NCBI GenBank assembly: GCA_964495205.1
Contig: CAZBUZ010000002.1
Coordinates: 1 to 47,372 of the forward strand
DNA length: 47,372 nt
Source of the DNA: an uncultured Pseudomonadota bacterium
GTDB lineage: Bacteria > Babelota > Babeliae > Babelales > RVW-14
Direction of reading: 5' to 3'
Shown here piece by piece: positions 33,772 to 42,688 of this stretch; position 1 is the stretch's first letter; the number at the start of each line of letters is the position of its first letter. The notes below the pieces were generated by a model. The model did not search any database. It had not been told where the DNA came from and saw only the letters and a list, made by a program, of their open reading frames with translations. Made by a program: the position numbers and the translations under genes.

Positions 33772-35067
33772 ATGAATAAAATTGTAAAAAGTTTACTTGT
33801 AGCAGCAGTGGCAATTAGCGCACAAAACGTTTCAGCTCATACAAACAAAACCTACATGGCAACCCGCAATCAAGCTTTGAGAAATCTTCCGCTTGAAATG
33901 ACTACAACCAAAGAACGCACCGTTGCAAAACTTGAAGACAGATTTGGCGGAACCATCAGCGCAACAGGTTTCTATGGTCAAAACACCAAGAAAGACGAAA
34001 CAGGTAAGTACTTCGGTGTAAACAGCAAGAACGAAATCAAGCTTGGTGATGCAGCAGCAGTTGCAGCAAAAACAGCTGACCTTGTTTCAACAACAATCAT
34101 TAATGCTCCAGCTTCAACCGAAACCATCAAAATTGCACCAGAAGTTATCGACTACGGTGTTAACCTTGGCTGGTACCAAGATCTTTCTAAGATCTGCAGC
34201 GGCTTGAACCTTAAGGTTGCAGTTCCTGTTGAACACAAAGAACAAGACATGAAGCTTTCCAGCAAAGATGCAAATGTTGTCAACTACTTCAAAGGTAATG
34301 CAATTGCTGGTCAAGAAGCACTCAAGTATGGCAAAATCGCTGGCAAACAATCAGCAACCGGCGTAGCAGACATCGATGTTCAACTTGGCTACCGCTTCTT
34401 GGATAAAGAAAGCTACAATGCAGGTCTCAATCTTGCAGTTGTTATCCCAACAGGCAAAGATGTAAAATCAGAATACGCATTTGCTCCTCAAGTTGGTGGC
34501 AAACACTGGGGTCTTGGTGCAGGTCTTGATGCACAAGCACGTGTTTGGGGCAGCGAAGAACACAATGTTAAAATCAACTTTGCAGCCAACTACCGCTACA
34601 TGTTTGAAGCAACAGAAAAGAGAACACTTGGCTTGAAGGATATGGCATGGGGTCAATACCGCTTGGTAAATGCTACTAATGCTCCAGTAGCAAATGGCTT
34701 GACACATGACGTTAACGTAACACCTGGCAGCCAACTTGATGCTATCCTTGGTCTTGCATACAACAATGGTGGCTTTACAGCAGACCTTGGTTACAACCTC
34801 TACTTTGCTGAACAAGAATCAGTAAAAGTTAAGGGTACATTGGCCAATCCAACTCTTGCAGGTGCCGCAGTAGCTACAGCAATCGATGCAACAGCAGCAG
34901 AAACACCAGCTCAATTTACCAACAGCATCTATGGCGGTGTTGGATACTCATTCAAAGAATGGGAATATCCTGTAACACTTGGCCTGGGCGGCAAATATGA
35001 ATTTGCGGCTAAGAACAGCGCATTGGAAGGCTGGCAGGCTTGGGCAAAGGCCGGCTTGTCATTCTAA
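33772..35067 (+). CDS. Outer-membrane beta-barrel-like protein, paralog 2; probably the highly expressed major form
   Basis: The ORF track gives 33718-35067 with a GTG start. The ATG at 33772 gives MNKIVKSLLVAAVAISAQNVSA, a signal peptide. The C-terminus is ...AWAKAGLSF. Codon choice (GCA/GCT, GGT, CTT, GTT) resembles that of acpP in this window. Confidence 0.8.
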   Translation: MNKIVKSLLVAAVAISAQNVSAHTNKTYMATRNQALRNLPLEMTTTKERTVAKLEDRFGGTISATGFYGQNTKKDETGKYFGVNSKNEIKLGDAAAVAAKTADLVSTTIINAPASTETIKIAPEVIDYGVNLGWYQDLSKICSGLNLKVAVPVEHKEQDMKLSSKDANVVNYFKGNAIAGQEALKYGKIAGKQSATGVADIDVQLGYRFLDKESYNAGLNLAVVIPTGKDVKSEYAFAPQVGGKHWGLGAGLDAQARVWGSEEHNVKINFAANYRYMFEATEKRTLGLKDMAWGQYRLVNATNAPVANGLTHDVNVTPGSQLDAILGLAYNNGGFTADLGYNLYFAEQESVKVKGTLANPTLAGAAVATAIDATAAETPAQFTNSIYGGVGYSFKEWEYPVTLGLGGKYEFAAKNSALEGWQAWAKAGLSF

Positions 35068-35100
35068 ACCAGGCCCTTACGGAGCCTGGCTAGTGTTCTG

Positions 35101-35120
35101 ACGCATGCTTACGCATGCTC
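35101..35120 (+). repeat. Tandem 10-bp repeat ACGCATGCT(T/C) x2, each containing the palindrome GCATGC, in the OMP2 3' UTR
   Basis: Read directly: acgcatgctt acgcatgctc. It lies between a first stem-loop (35069-35089) and the terminator. Confidence 0.6.
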
Positions 35121-35138
35121 ATGAGACAAGCTAAATTT

Positions 35139-35172
35139 AAGGGGTCGACCTATAAAGTCGGCCCCTTTTTTT
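35139..35172 (+). terminator. Rho-independent terminator of OMP paralog 2
   Basis: GGGGTCGAC-ctataaa-GTCGGCCCC (9 bp including one G-U pair), followed by T7. Confidence 0.8.
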
Positions 35173-35316
35173 ATGTGAACAACAGAACATTGTCCCCCGA
35201 AAATTTCCTTTCTTGTCTGATTTAGGAAAAAAGGTAATAATAAAATTATAGTTAGGTGAGATCACAGTAGTTTTGAAGTTGGTTTCCCCATGGGGGATGC
35301 AACAAAGGAGCGGGCG

Positions 35317-35868
35317 ATGGATGAAATCAATCGAGTAGGGAATGGTGGCGGTTGGGATGTTGAAGAATGTTTTGTTGGTGATCTTTTGCATCTACCTCAT
35401 AAAATTCAACAGCATCATGACGTCGAAGATCTTGCTCATTTAGTTTTGCATGATCTTGGTCACGATAATCACTTTGGTCTTGATAAGGCCATTTATTTGG
35501 TCGACAATCCTGAGTTTAACTGTCTTAAAGGCGTTGCAGGTTTTAGTAAATGCGAATGTCCTTTGCATCGAGAAAACGTGTGGGAGGCTCCACATGCTTT
35601 TTCGCACGATATGCGTGAGGCTGAATTTCATAACAACATGAAAAAATTTATGCAGGATGCAAGCGTACGCAAGCATGACATTGATGTGCATAATCCTGAC
35701 GATTTGCTGGAACTAGGCGTTCGGCTTGGGCTTAAAAATCCTTCATTCTTTACCTGGGGCATGCGTCATGGCAATCATGGGATCTTGCTTTTTGAAGATG
35801 TCCAAACGACCCGTGCGCGTCGCCGGGATTTGCTCAGCAATGCTGCTTCTTTGCTAAGTTTGTGCTAA
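35317..35868 (+). CDS. Histidine-rich cytoplasmic protein of unknown function
   Basis: The ORF track gives 35290-35868. The ATG at 35317 lies 6 nt after AAAGGAG. By hand count there are 16 His in 183 aa. The segment AHLVLHDLGHDNHFGLDKAIYLVDNPEFNCLKGVAGF is loosely GAF-like; that is a guess. Confidence 0.55.
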   Translation: MDEINRVGNGGGWDVEECFVGDLLHLPHKIQQHHDVEDLAHLVLHDLGHDNHFGLDKAIYLVDNPEFNCLKGVAGFSKCECPLHRENVWEAPHAFSHDMREAEFHNNMKKFMQDASVRKHDIDVHNPDDLLELGVRLGLKNPSFFTWGMRHGNHGILLFEDVQTTRARRRDLLSNAASLLSLC

Positions 35869-37823
35869 AATCGGTGAATTTTTATCGATCTGTGCTGAAG
35901 CGATAAGGCGTGTGTTGCGGTAAGCGTAATCGCGGGTTCTTGGATTCCATAGCTAGGGCTAAAAAAGCCGTCGCATTTAGTAAATGACAAGGTTGATGTG
36001 AGATGTGCGATAGGCTTATTTTTACGGCAAATGATCCATGCATGCGATTCATTTTGATAGAGCGAAAGATCAGTAGCCCAATGGAGGTTCCAAACACAAT
36101 TATGACTGTTGGGTTTGTTAAATACATTCTGGTGGTTGTCTGATGGCTGCCACCAATCATGTAATTCGAGTGTTTCCTTGAAGGTGTCAAAAATAAGACG
36201 ACGGTGAGCGATAAGACCACGATTATTGTATTTGAGGTGGCGGTCGCAAATGATAACCGTCTTTCCTTCGATTGTTACTGTTGGTTCATGGTTATACGGT
36301 TGTCGTGGTAGGGTGAATAGATCTTTGGGTTCTTGTTCAAAGGCTGGCACAAAAAAACTGTTATGTGCATATGAGGAGCGGTATTGATTGCGCCAGTGCT
36401 TATTGCTTGTGTAAAGATATGAACCCGGATCTACAAGGAGTGGTTTGCCATCGATCGATGCCGTTATTGATAATTCATCGGCGTGAAAGTGTCCGGTTGG
36501 TTGGTGTTTGTCAAAGGTGGGGTGTCTGAAGGTTACATGCCATCCATGGGTATTCATAATGGTAATCCCTGCATAGCGATATGAAATGAGCCGTGGTTGG
36601 GTGTTTGGGTTGATACGGAGGCCGGTGACAAATTTCCCACTATCATTATCGCCAATTTGGGCCAGGTTGCCTCCCAGGTCGGTGCAATCCTGCAAAAATG
36701 CTTTCATGGTACGCAATGTTGGTCCAATGGTTGTGGGGATGGTTGTTCCTTGTAGCTGACACATGAGCGATACATGCACGAGCATTTCGGTAACAAGGCG
36801 ATGATAATTGGTTGAGCCCTCATAGCTCGTGCCATCTGGGTGGACTTGCTGTGCAATTTGCGCCCAGATGGTATCAAGTACAATCGATTGTTTTTGGTTG
36901 AAGACTGGCGAGAGATCTTTGAAGAATACACTCAGATAAAAACCCCCAACCAAATCAGCTAAATAGTGATTGTTCGGTTTGTCAGATGTTTCTCGGTTGT
37001 AATCAAGGTAGTGAGCATGATCATAGAGGCTGCACACTATTTTTTTCCAAAAATCCATGGATATTTCTGGATGATTTTTGAAAAAATGAAATCCCCAAAT
37101 CATATTAACCGCGCGGATTGCAACCTCCATAGGACATACCCAATTTACGCCTAAGAGATAGGGGTTTTCGTCGATCCAACTCGTCATGTGTTTGACAAAC
37201 GTATCGCTATATTGAGTGATACGTTCACTATCGTTGCTTGCAATAGCGCGTTGATAAGCATAACCAATGATGAAAATGTGTTGCAGCCGTGAGAGTTCCC
37301 AGGGCACTTTGATATCTGGGTAATATCCTTGTTCCGATTGTGGTGAATCTTGTACCGATATTTCTTGATAAAAACGCAATGACGGACGATTCCAGTATTC
37401 GGTTCCCCATTGTTCTTGCGGAAGCTTGATATCGTAATGCCAGGGAAGCTTTTGGCCAAGGTCGAGTTTATCGGAGCCAAGAATTGAAAAACGGTTTCTG
37501 CAAATTGTATCTGCATATTCAAAGAGCGTCGGATCATTTGCCAGTGGCGCAGGGAAATGCTTAGCAAACTGCTCGGTGGCGAGCATGCGGGTAAAGATTC
37601 TGTTTGAAGCGAGCACTGAAAAAATAGACCCGAATGAACGGTCTCGCTTGAGGTGCTTGGCGATGTCGGACCAGCGATGGTTGGCTTTATGTGCAAGCGC
37701 AGCTTTTTTATAGTACATACCAAAAAATGAACGATAACTTTTTGTCGCTCCCCAGGTAAGCATACCATTAAAGCCTAATTCAAAACAGCGCGAGACAAGA
37801 CGTTTTATTTTTTTGACGTTCAT
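35865..37823 (-). CDS. Heparinase II/III-like (alginate-lyase fold N-domain plus heparinase II/III C-domain) protein without a signal peptide
   Basis: QPTGHFHADELSITASIDGKPLLVDPGSYLYT and SYAHNSFF match the GHxHAD-LS...D-G-Y / HN motifs of the heparinase II/III family. The ATG at 37823 follows AAAAGGGG, whereas the ORF track extends to 37844. The stop codons of this gene and the convergent gene overlap (CTAA). Confidence 0.7.
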   Translation of the reverse strand: MNVKKIKRLVSRCFELGFNGMLTWGATKSYRSFFGMYYKKAALAHKANHRWSDIAKHLKRDRSFGSIFSVLASNRIFTRMLATEQFAKHFPAPLANDPTLFEYADTICRNRFSILGSDKLDLGQKLPWHYDIKLPQEQWGTEYWNRPSLRFYQEISVQDSPQSEQGYYPDIKVPWELSRLQHIFIIGYAYQRAIASNDSERITQYSDTFVKHMTSWIDENPYLLGVNWVCPMEVAIRAVNMIWGFHFFKNHPEISMDFWKKIVCSLYDHAHYLDYNRETSDKPNNHYLADLVGGFYLSVFFKDLSPVFNQKQSIVLDTIWAQIAQQVHPDGTSYEGSTNYHRLVTEMLVHVSLMCQLQGTTIPTTIGPTLRTMKAFLQDCTDLGGNLAQIGDNDSGKFVTGLRINPNTQPRLISYRYAGITIMNTHGWHVTFRHPTFDKHQPTGHFHADELSITASIDGKPLLVDPGSYLYTSNKHWRNQYRSSYAHNSFFVPAFEQEPKDLFTLPRQPYNHEPTVTIEGKTVIICDRHLKYNNRGLIAHRRLIFDTFKETLELHDWWQPSDNHQNVFNKPNSHNCVWNLHWATDLSLYQNESHAWIICRKNKPIAHLTSTLSFTKCDGFFSPSYGIQEPAITLTATHALSLQHRSIKIHRF

Positions 37824-37895
37824 CAATAACCCCTTTTTAAACATGCAGCTGAACGCAAATCAGTATGAGCAGTATAACGAGTATGCTGCGCATGA

Positions 37896-38987
<1,092 letters not shown>

Positions 38988-38990
38988 TTT

Positions 38991-39542
38991 CTATTTGATA
39001 ATTGTTTGACGCAGATGAGGAGGCAGCTCCATGGTTAATTGTTCCAATTGATCGTAGACCCACTGCTGCTTTTTGTGGTCGGTTGTTTCCTCAACCGTCG
39101 CCGTGATATCATGCATAATCTTGATAAATTGTTGTTCTGAGATGCGGCGATTTTCTACAAGTGCGCAGAGTTGTTTAATGCGATCTTGAAATATTTCATG
39201 CCAATTGGCCATGGCATAACAAGGTATAAGGGTTGCCAGAATGCTGTCATTGCTTTGTTCGATAGCGAGGAGCTGCTCATAGAGAGCTATTGCCTCAACC
39301 CATCGCTTGTCTTTTTGATATAGATAGGCGGCCTGCTTGTAGCGTTCCGAGGCCCCTTTGTCATCAAGCGCCCAAAGAATATCACCTTCAAGTTGCAGCG
39401 CATAAGCCCGGTCTTGTAGTGAATGCGAAAGCAACCGGTAAACATTGAGCGCTTTTTCGCGCTCTTTGCGTGCAATGAGCTCTGCCAATTTAAACCATGC
39501 TACGCTGGCATTGTTGCCAGTTTGACTCCCCTGTTCAGCCAT
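38991..39542 (-). CDS. Helical-repeat (TPR-like) protein of unknown function
   Basis: The ORF track extends to 39608. The ATG at 39542 follows AAGGGG and gives MAEQGSQTGNN.... Repeated A-x-x-x-Y/ALYEQLLAI-type helices suggest TPR-like repeats. Its stop lies 3 nt from the trpS stop. Confidence 0.5.
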   Translation of the reverse strand: MAEQGSQTGNNASVAWFKLAELIARKEREKALNVYRLLSHSLQDRAYALQLEGDILWALDDKGASERYKQAAYLYQKDKRWVEAIALYEQLLAIEQSNDSILATLIPCYAMANWHEIFQDRIKQLCALVENRRISEQQFIKIMHDITATVEETTDHKKQQWVYDQLEQLTMELPPHLRQTIIK

Positions 39543-39618
39543 TACTACCCCTTTTTGCCGATCTGGCCTGTTTAGTTGGCACCTTTTTCCGCCTAACCAA
39601 CTCACCATCTACACCCTT

Positions 39619-39647
39619 TTGAAAATGGTGATTACTAATGTTATACT
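39619..39647 (+). promoter_or_regulatory. Near-consensus sigma70-like promoter for the carboxyltransferase gene
   Basis: TTGAAA (39619-39624), a 17-nt spacer, then TATACT (39642-39647). Confidence 0.5.
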
Positions 39648-39730
39648 TCCTGCGGTTTCATATGTAAACAAACAAATGAAAAAAGTGTGTAATAGGTGTT
39701 TGGGTTCTTTTAAAAGAGTGGGTAATAGCA

Positions 39731-41260
39731 GTGGATGTGGTAGCGAGTCCGGTGTGGAAGGTACAACAAGAAGAGGTCCTGGTTCGGGAGCACGTTGTCA
39801 AGGTTGAGCGGCAAGCCAAGGTGGGGAAAAAAACAGCCCGAGTGCGGTTGGATCTTTTGCTTGATGCGGGGAGTTTTGAGGAATTAGATCAGTTAGCAAC
39901 ATCTCCTTTTTTAGAAAAAAAAGAGCTGACGGATGGGGTGGTGACTGGTTTTGGAACAGTTGATGGGCGAAAAGTTGCTATTTATGCCCAAGATTTTACT
40001 ATCAAGGGTGGTTCGCTTGGCAAACGTCATGCCGAAAAAATTTGTAAAATTATGGATCTTGCCGCTAAGGTTGGTTGTCCGATTATTGGGATTATCGATT
40101 CTGGCGGCGCGCGTATTGATGAGGGGATTCATGCCCTTGCGGGTTATGGCAAGATTTTTACGCGCAATTCTCGCTATTCAGGCGTTATTCCTCAAATATC
40201 ACTTGTTTTAGGGCCCTGTGCAGGTGGAGCGGTATATTCACCGGCGCTGACCGATTTTATTTTTACAACCCAAGGCATCAGCCATTTGTTTATAACCGGA
40301 CCACAAGTTATTGAACAGGTACTCCATCAGACCATCACCAAAGAAGAACTTGGCGGAGCGCAGGTGCATGCGGAGCGTTCAGGTGTTGCTCATATGGTGG
40401 CCAGCTCTGAAGAAGAGTGTTTTGCGCAGGTCAAAAGATTGCTTGCATATTTGCCAAGTAATTATCTGGCTGCGGCTCAGACTGGAGCGGTTGGAGAGGC
40501 TGAGGCATCAGACATTCCCTCGCTTGTTCCTCAAAATTTTAATCAAGGTTATGACATAAAAAAAGTAATCGACGCATTAGTTGATAGTCGTTCTTTTTAT
40601 GAAACGCAAGCGTTTTTTGCTCCCAATATGGTTACGGGCTTTGCCTTTATCGATGGTATGGCTGTTGCGATTGTTGCCAACCAGCCTGCGGTTAAAGCTG
40701 GGACGATTGATATTGATGCTTCCTGCAAAGCGGCGCGCTTTATTCGTTTTTGTGATAGTTTTGGCTTGCCAATTGTCTCGCTTGTCGACGTTCCTGGATA
40801 TTTGCCAGGCGTGGATCAAGAGCATCATGGAATTATTCGACATGGGGCAAAATTATTATATGCTTATGCGACGGCAACGGTTCCTAAGATCACGCTTATC
40901 TTGCGTAAGGCATTTGGTGGTGCCTATATCGTTATGGGCAGCAAGGAGCTTGGTGCCGATTTTAATTTTGCTTGGCCAAATGCGCAGATTGCTGTTCTTG
41001 GTGCTAAAGGCGCTGTTGCCATTATGCATGGTAAAAAACTGGCACAGCTCGATGAAGTCGAGCGAGCGGCATTAGGGGCGCAACTTGAGGCAGCCTATAC
41101 GAAGGAGTTTCTTAATCCTATAGCGGCTGCAAGTGCGGGCTATATTGATGCTATTATTGAACCAGCTCGCACGCGCGAACATATTATTAAGGCCTTACGA
41201 TTTACCGCTGATAAAGTTGAGCGGTTGCCATCGCGCAAGCACGGCAATGTGCCCTTGTAA
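39731..41260 (+). CDS. Acyl-CoA carboxylase carboxyltransferase subunit (PccB/AccD5/MmdA family, fused alpha-beta CT)
   Basis: 509 aa with a GTG start. KKTARVRLDLLLDAGSFEELD, FTIKGGSLG, DSGGARIDEG, and GPCAGGAVYSPALTDF, plus a second crotonase-like half. The acyl-CoA substrate cannot be read from the sequence. Confidence 0.85.
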   Translation: MDVVASPVWKVQQEEVLVREHVVKVERQAKVGKKTARVRLDLLLDAGSFEELDQLATSPFLEKKELTDGVVTGFGTVDGRKVAIYAQDFTIKGGSLGKRHAEKICKIMDLAAKVGCPIIGIIDSGGARIDEGIHALAGYGKIFTRNSRYSGVIPQISLVLGPCAGGAVYSPALTDFIFTTQGISHLFITGPQVIEQVLHQTITKEELGGAQVHAERSGVAHMVASSEEECFAQVKRLLAYLPSNYLAAAQTGAVGEAEASDIPSLVPQNFNQGYDIKKVIDALVDSRSFYETQAFFAPNMVTGFAFIDGMAVAIVANQPAVKAGTIDIDASCKAARFIRFCDSFGLPIVSLVDVPGYLPGVDQEHHGIIRHGAKLLYAYATATVPKITLILRKAFGGAYIVMGSKELGADFNFAWPNAQIAVLGAKGAVAIMHGKKLAQLDEVERAALGAQLEAAYTKEFLNPIAAASAGYIDAIIEPARTREHIIKALRFTADKVERLPSRKHGNVPL

Positions 41261-41365
41261 CCCATTAAGACTTTCTTTTTGATTCCCTGTTTCTTGCATG
41301 CAATAGCATGTTTTTGTAGACTTAAACCAGTAAAGGTTTTACAAAATCAACAGAGAAAGAGGGTT

Positions 41366-42016
41366 ATGAAAATCATTGAGTTTATAAAAAAGAACCTAAA
41401 AATCTTTGCCTTGGTTGCGGGTCTTGTGATGATCGGTGTTGGTGGCTACATTGGTTATCAATGGTATGCTGCTGAGCAAGAGTCGGGGCCGCTTGCTGCT
41501 GCGCCTGATGAAGTGCGTGGCAAAAAAGTTATTTTGCGAAAGTTGAAGGAAAGTTATTTTATTGATTTTCATAATGTTTTCTCGCAAGATGTTCGTCATA
41601 ATATTGAATTTCCCGAGCACATAAATCTGGATTACACAATTCGTTTTTTGAAGTATGAAATGGAGCGCAATCGCGAGGGTAAGCAACTACATTATTGTAT
41701 TTTTGATGCCAAAGAAAACCGCCTGATCGGTACGTTAGAGATTCGTGAGAAAAATGATAAAGATCCTGGTCAGTTTGGGTGTTGGCTTAATGAACGCTAT
41801 CGAGGTGGTGGACGCATTCAGGAGGCCATCAAATTGATTACCAATATTTATTTCCGTTTGCATCCAGATAGAGATTCTTTTACCGCCCACGTTCGGTTGT
41901 GGAATAAACGCAGCTATAAAGCTTTGCTGCGGGCTGGTTTTGCCGATACGGGAAAGTTTTACTACGAGGATGGTAAGCCAACGCGCTACTTGCTCGAGTT
42001 TTATCGGGAGAAATAA
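41366..42016 (+). CDS. GNAT (RimJ/RimL-like) N-acetyltransferase with an N-terminal TM helix
   Basis: The ATG at 41366 follows AGAGGG; the ORF track starts at 41279. The TM helix is IFALVAGLVMIGVGGYIGY. WLNERYRGGGRIQEAIKLI is the acetyl-CoA motif. Confidence 0.65.
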   Translation: MKIIEFIKKNLKIFALVAGLVMIGVGGYIGYQWYAAEQESGPLAAAPDEVRGKKVILRKLKESYFIDFHNVFSQDVRHNIEFPEHINLDYTIRFLKYEMERNREGKQLHYCIFDAKENRLIGTLEIREKNDKDPGQFGCWLNERYRGGGRIQEAIKLITNIYFRLHPDRDSFTAHVRLWNKRSYKALLRAGFADTGKFYYEDGKPTRYLLEFYREK

Positions 42017-42130
42017 GAATCATATTTTTTTGTGGAGATTGTACCAGGAGCTTTTCAAAGTCCTCATGCCTGTAGTATGCTTGCCTCAATGTGGTGCATT
42101 AAAAAAAATGAATGTTAAAAAGGAGTTGCG

Positions 42131-42676
42131 ATGACCAAACGCATTTTATTCATTCTCATGCCAGAAAAATTTCAAGATAAAGAATTCAATGTTCCCTATA
42201 CCATGCTCAAAGAAAAAGGATATGTCGTTGATATCGCAGGTCTTAAGCCTGGAGAGGCCGTTGGGGCTTTTGGTCTTAAAGTAACGCCAAATAAGGTAAT
42301 TGATCAGGAACCATTTCCCGGTGGCTTTGAGCGATACGATGCCTTGGTGATTCCGGGTGGCCCAGGTTCAACAAAATATTTATGGGGCAATACGGAAGTG
42401 CAAAAAATAGTACGTTTGTTTCGAGAACATAATAAGGTGATTGCGGCCATTTGCCATGCCTGTGTAGTACCGGCGGAGGCTGGCATTTTAACGGGTAAAA
42501 AGGCGACTGTATATCCTACCGATGATGCTAAAGCAATTTTCCATAAACATAAAGTTACCTTTGTTGATGAAGGTGTGGTAAGATTGCCTGATGATAATAT
42601 TATTACCGCTCAAGGGCCAACGTTCGCCTCAGATTTTGGGCAGGCTATTATCGAGATGGTTGAGAAAAAACAGTAA
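42131..42676 (+). CDS. DJ-1/PfpI-family protein
   Basis: 181 aa with an AAAGGAG SD. DALVIPGGPG and VIAAICHA (the nucleophile-elbow Cys) are family hallmarks. Confidence 0.8.
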   Translation: MTKRILFILMPEKFQDKEFNVPYTMLKEKGYVVDIAGLKPGEAVGAFGLKVTPNKVIDQEPFPGGFERYDALVIPGGPGSTKYLWGNTEVQKIVRLFREHNKVIAAICHACVVPAEAGILTGKKATVYPTDDAKAIFHKHKVTFVDEGVVRLPDDNIITAQGPTFASDFGQAIIEMVEKKQ

Positions 42677-42688
42677 ATAAGGATCTAG

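Noticed and set aside
35137-35391. An 84-aa reverse-strand ORF between OMP2 and the His-rich gene.
   Set aside because: It runs through the OMP2 terminator hairpin and through the SD and start region of the + strand gene. It has no SD or motif.
39619-39807. A 62-aa ORF (MKMVITNV...) upstream of and overlapping the carboxyltransferase start, considered as a possible leader peptide or a frameshifted N-terminus.
   Set aside because: It begins inside the -35/-10 promoter elements and has no SD. Its sequence is unlike PccB N-termini. The GTG at 39731 gives an N-terminus that aligns with the family (…TARVRLDLLLDAGSFEELD).
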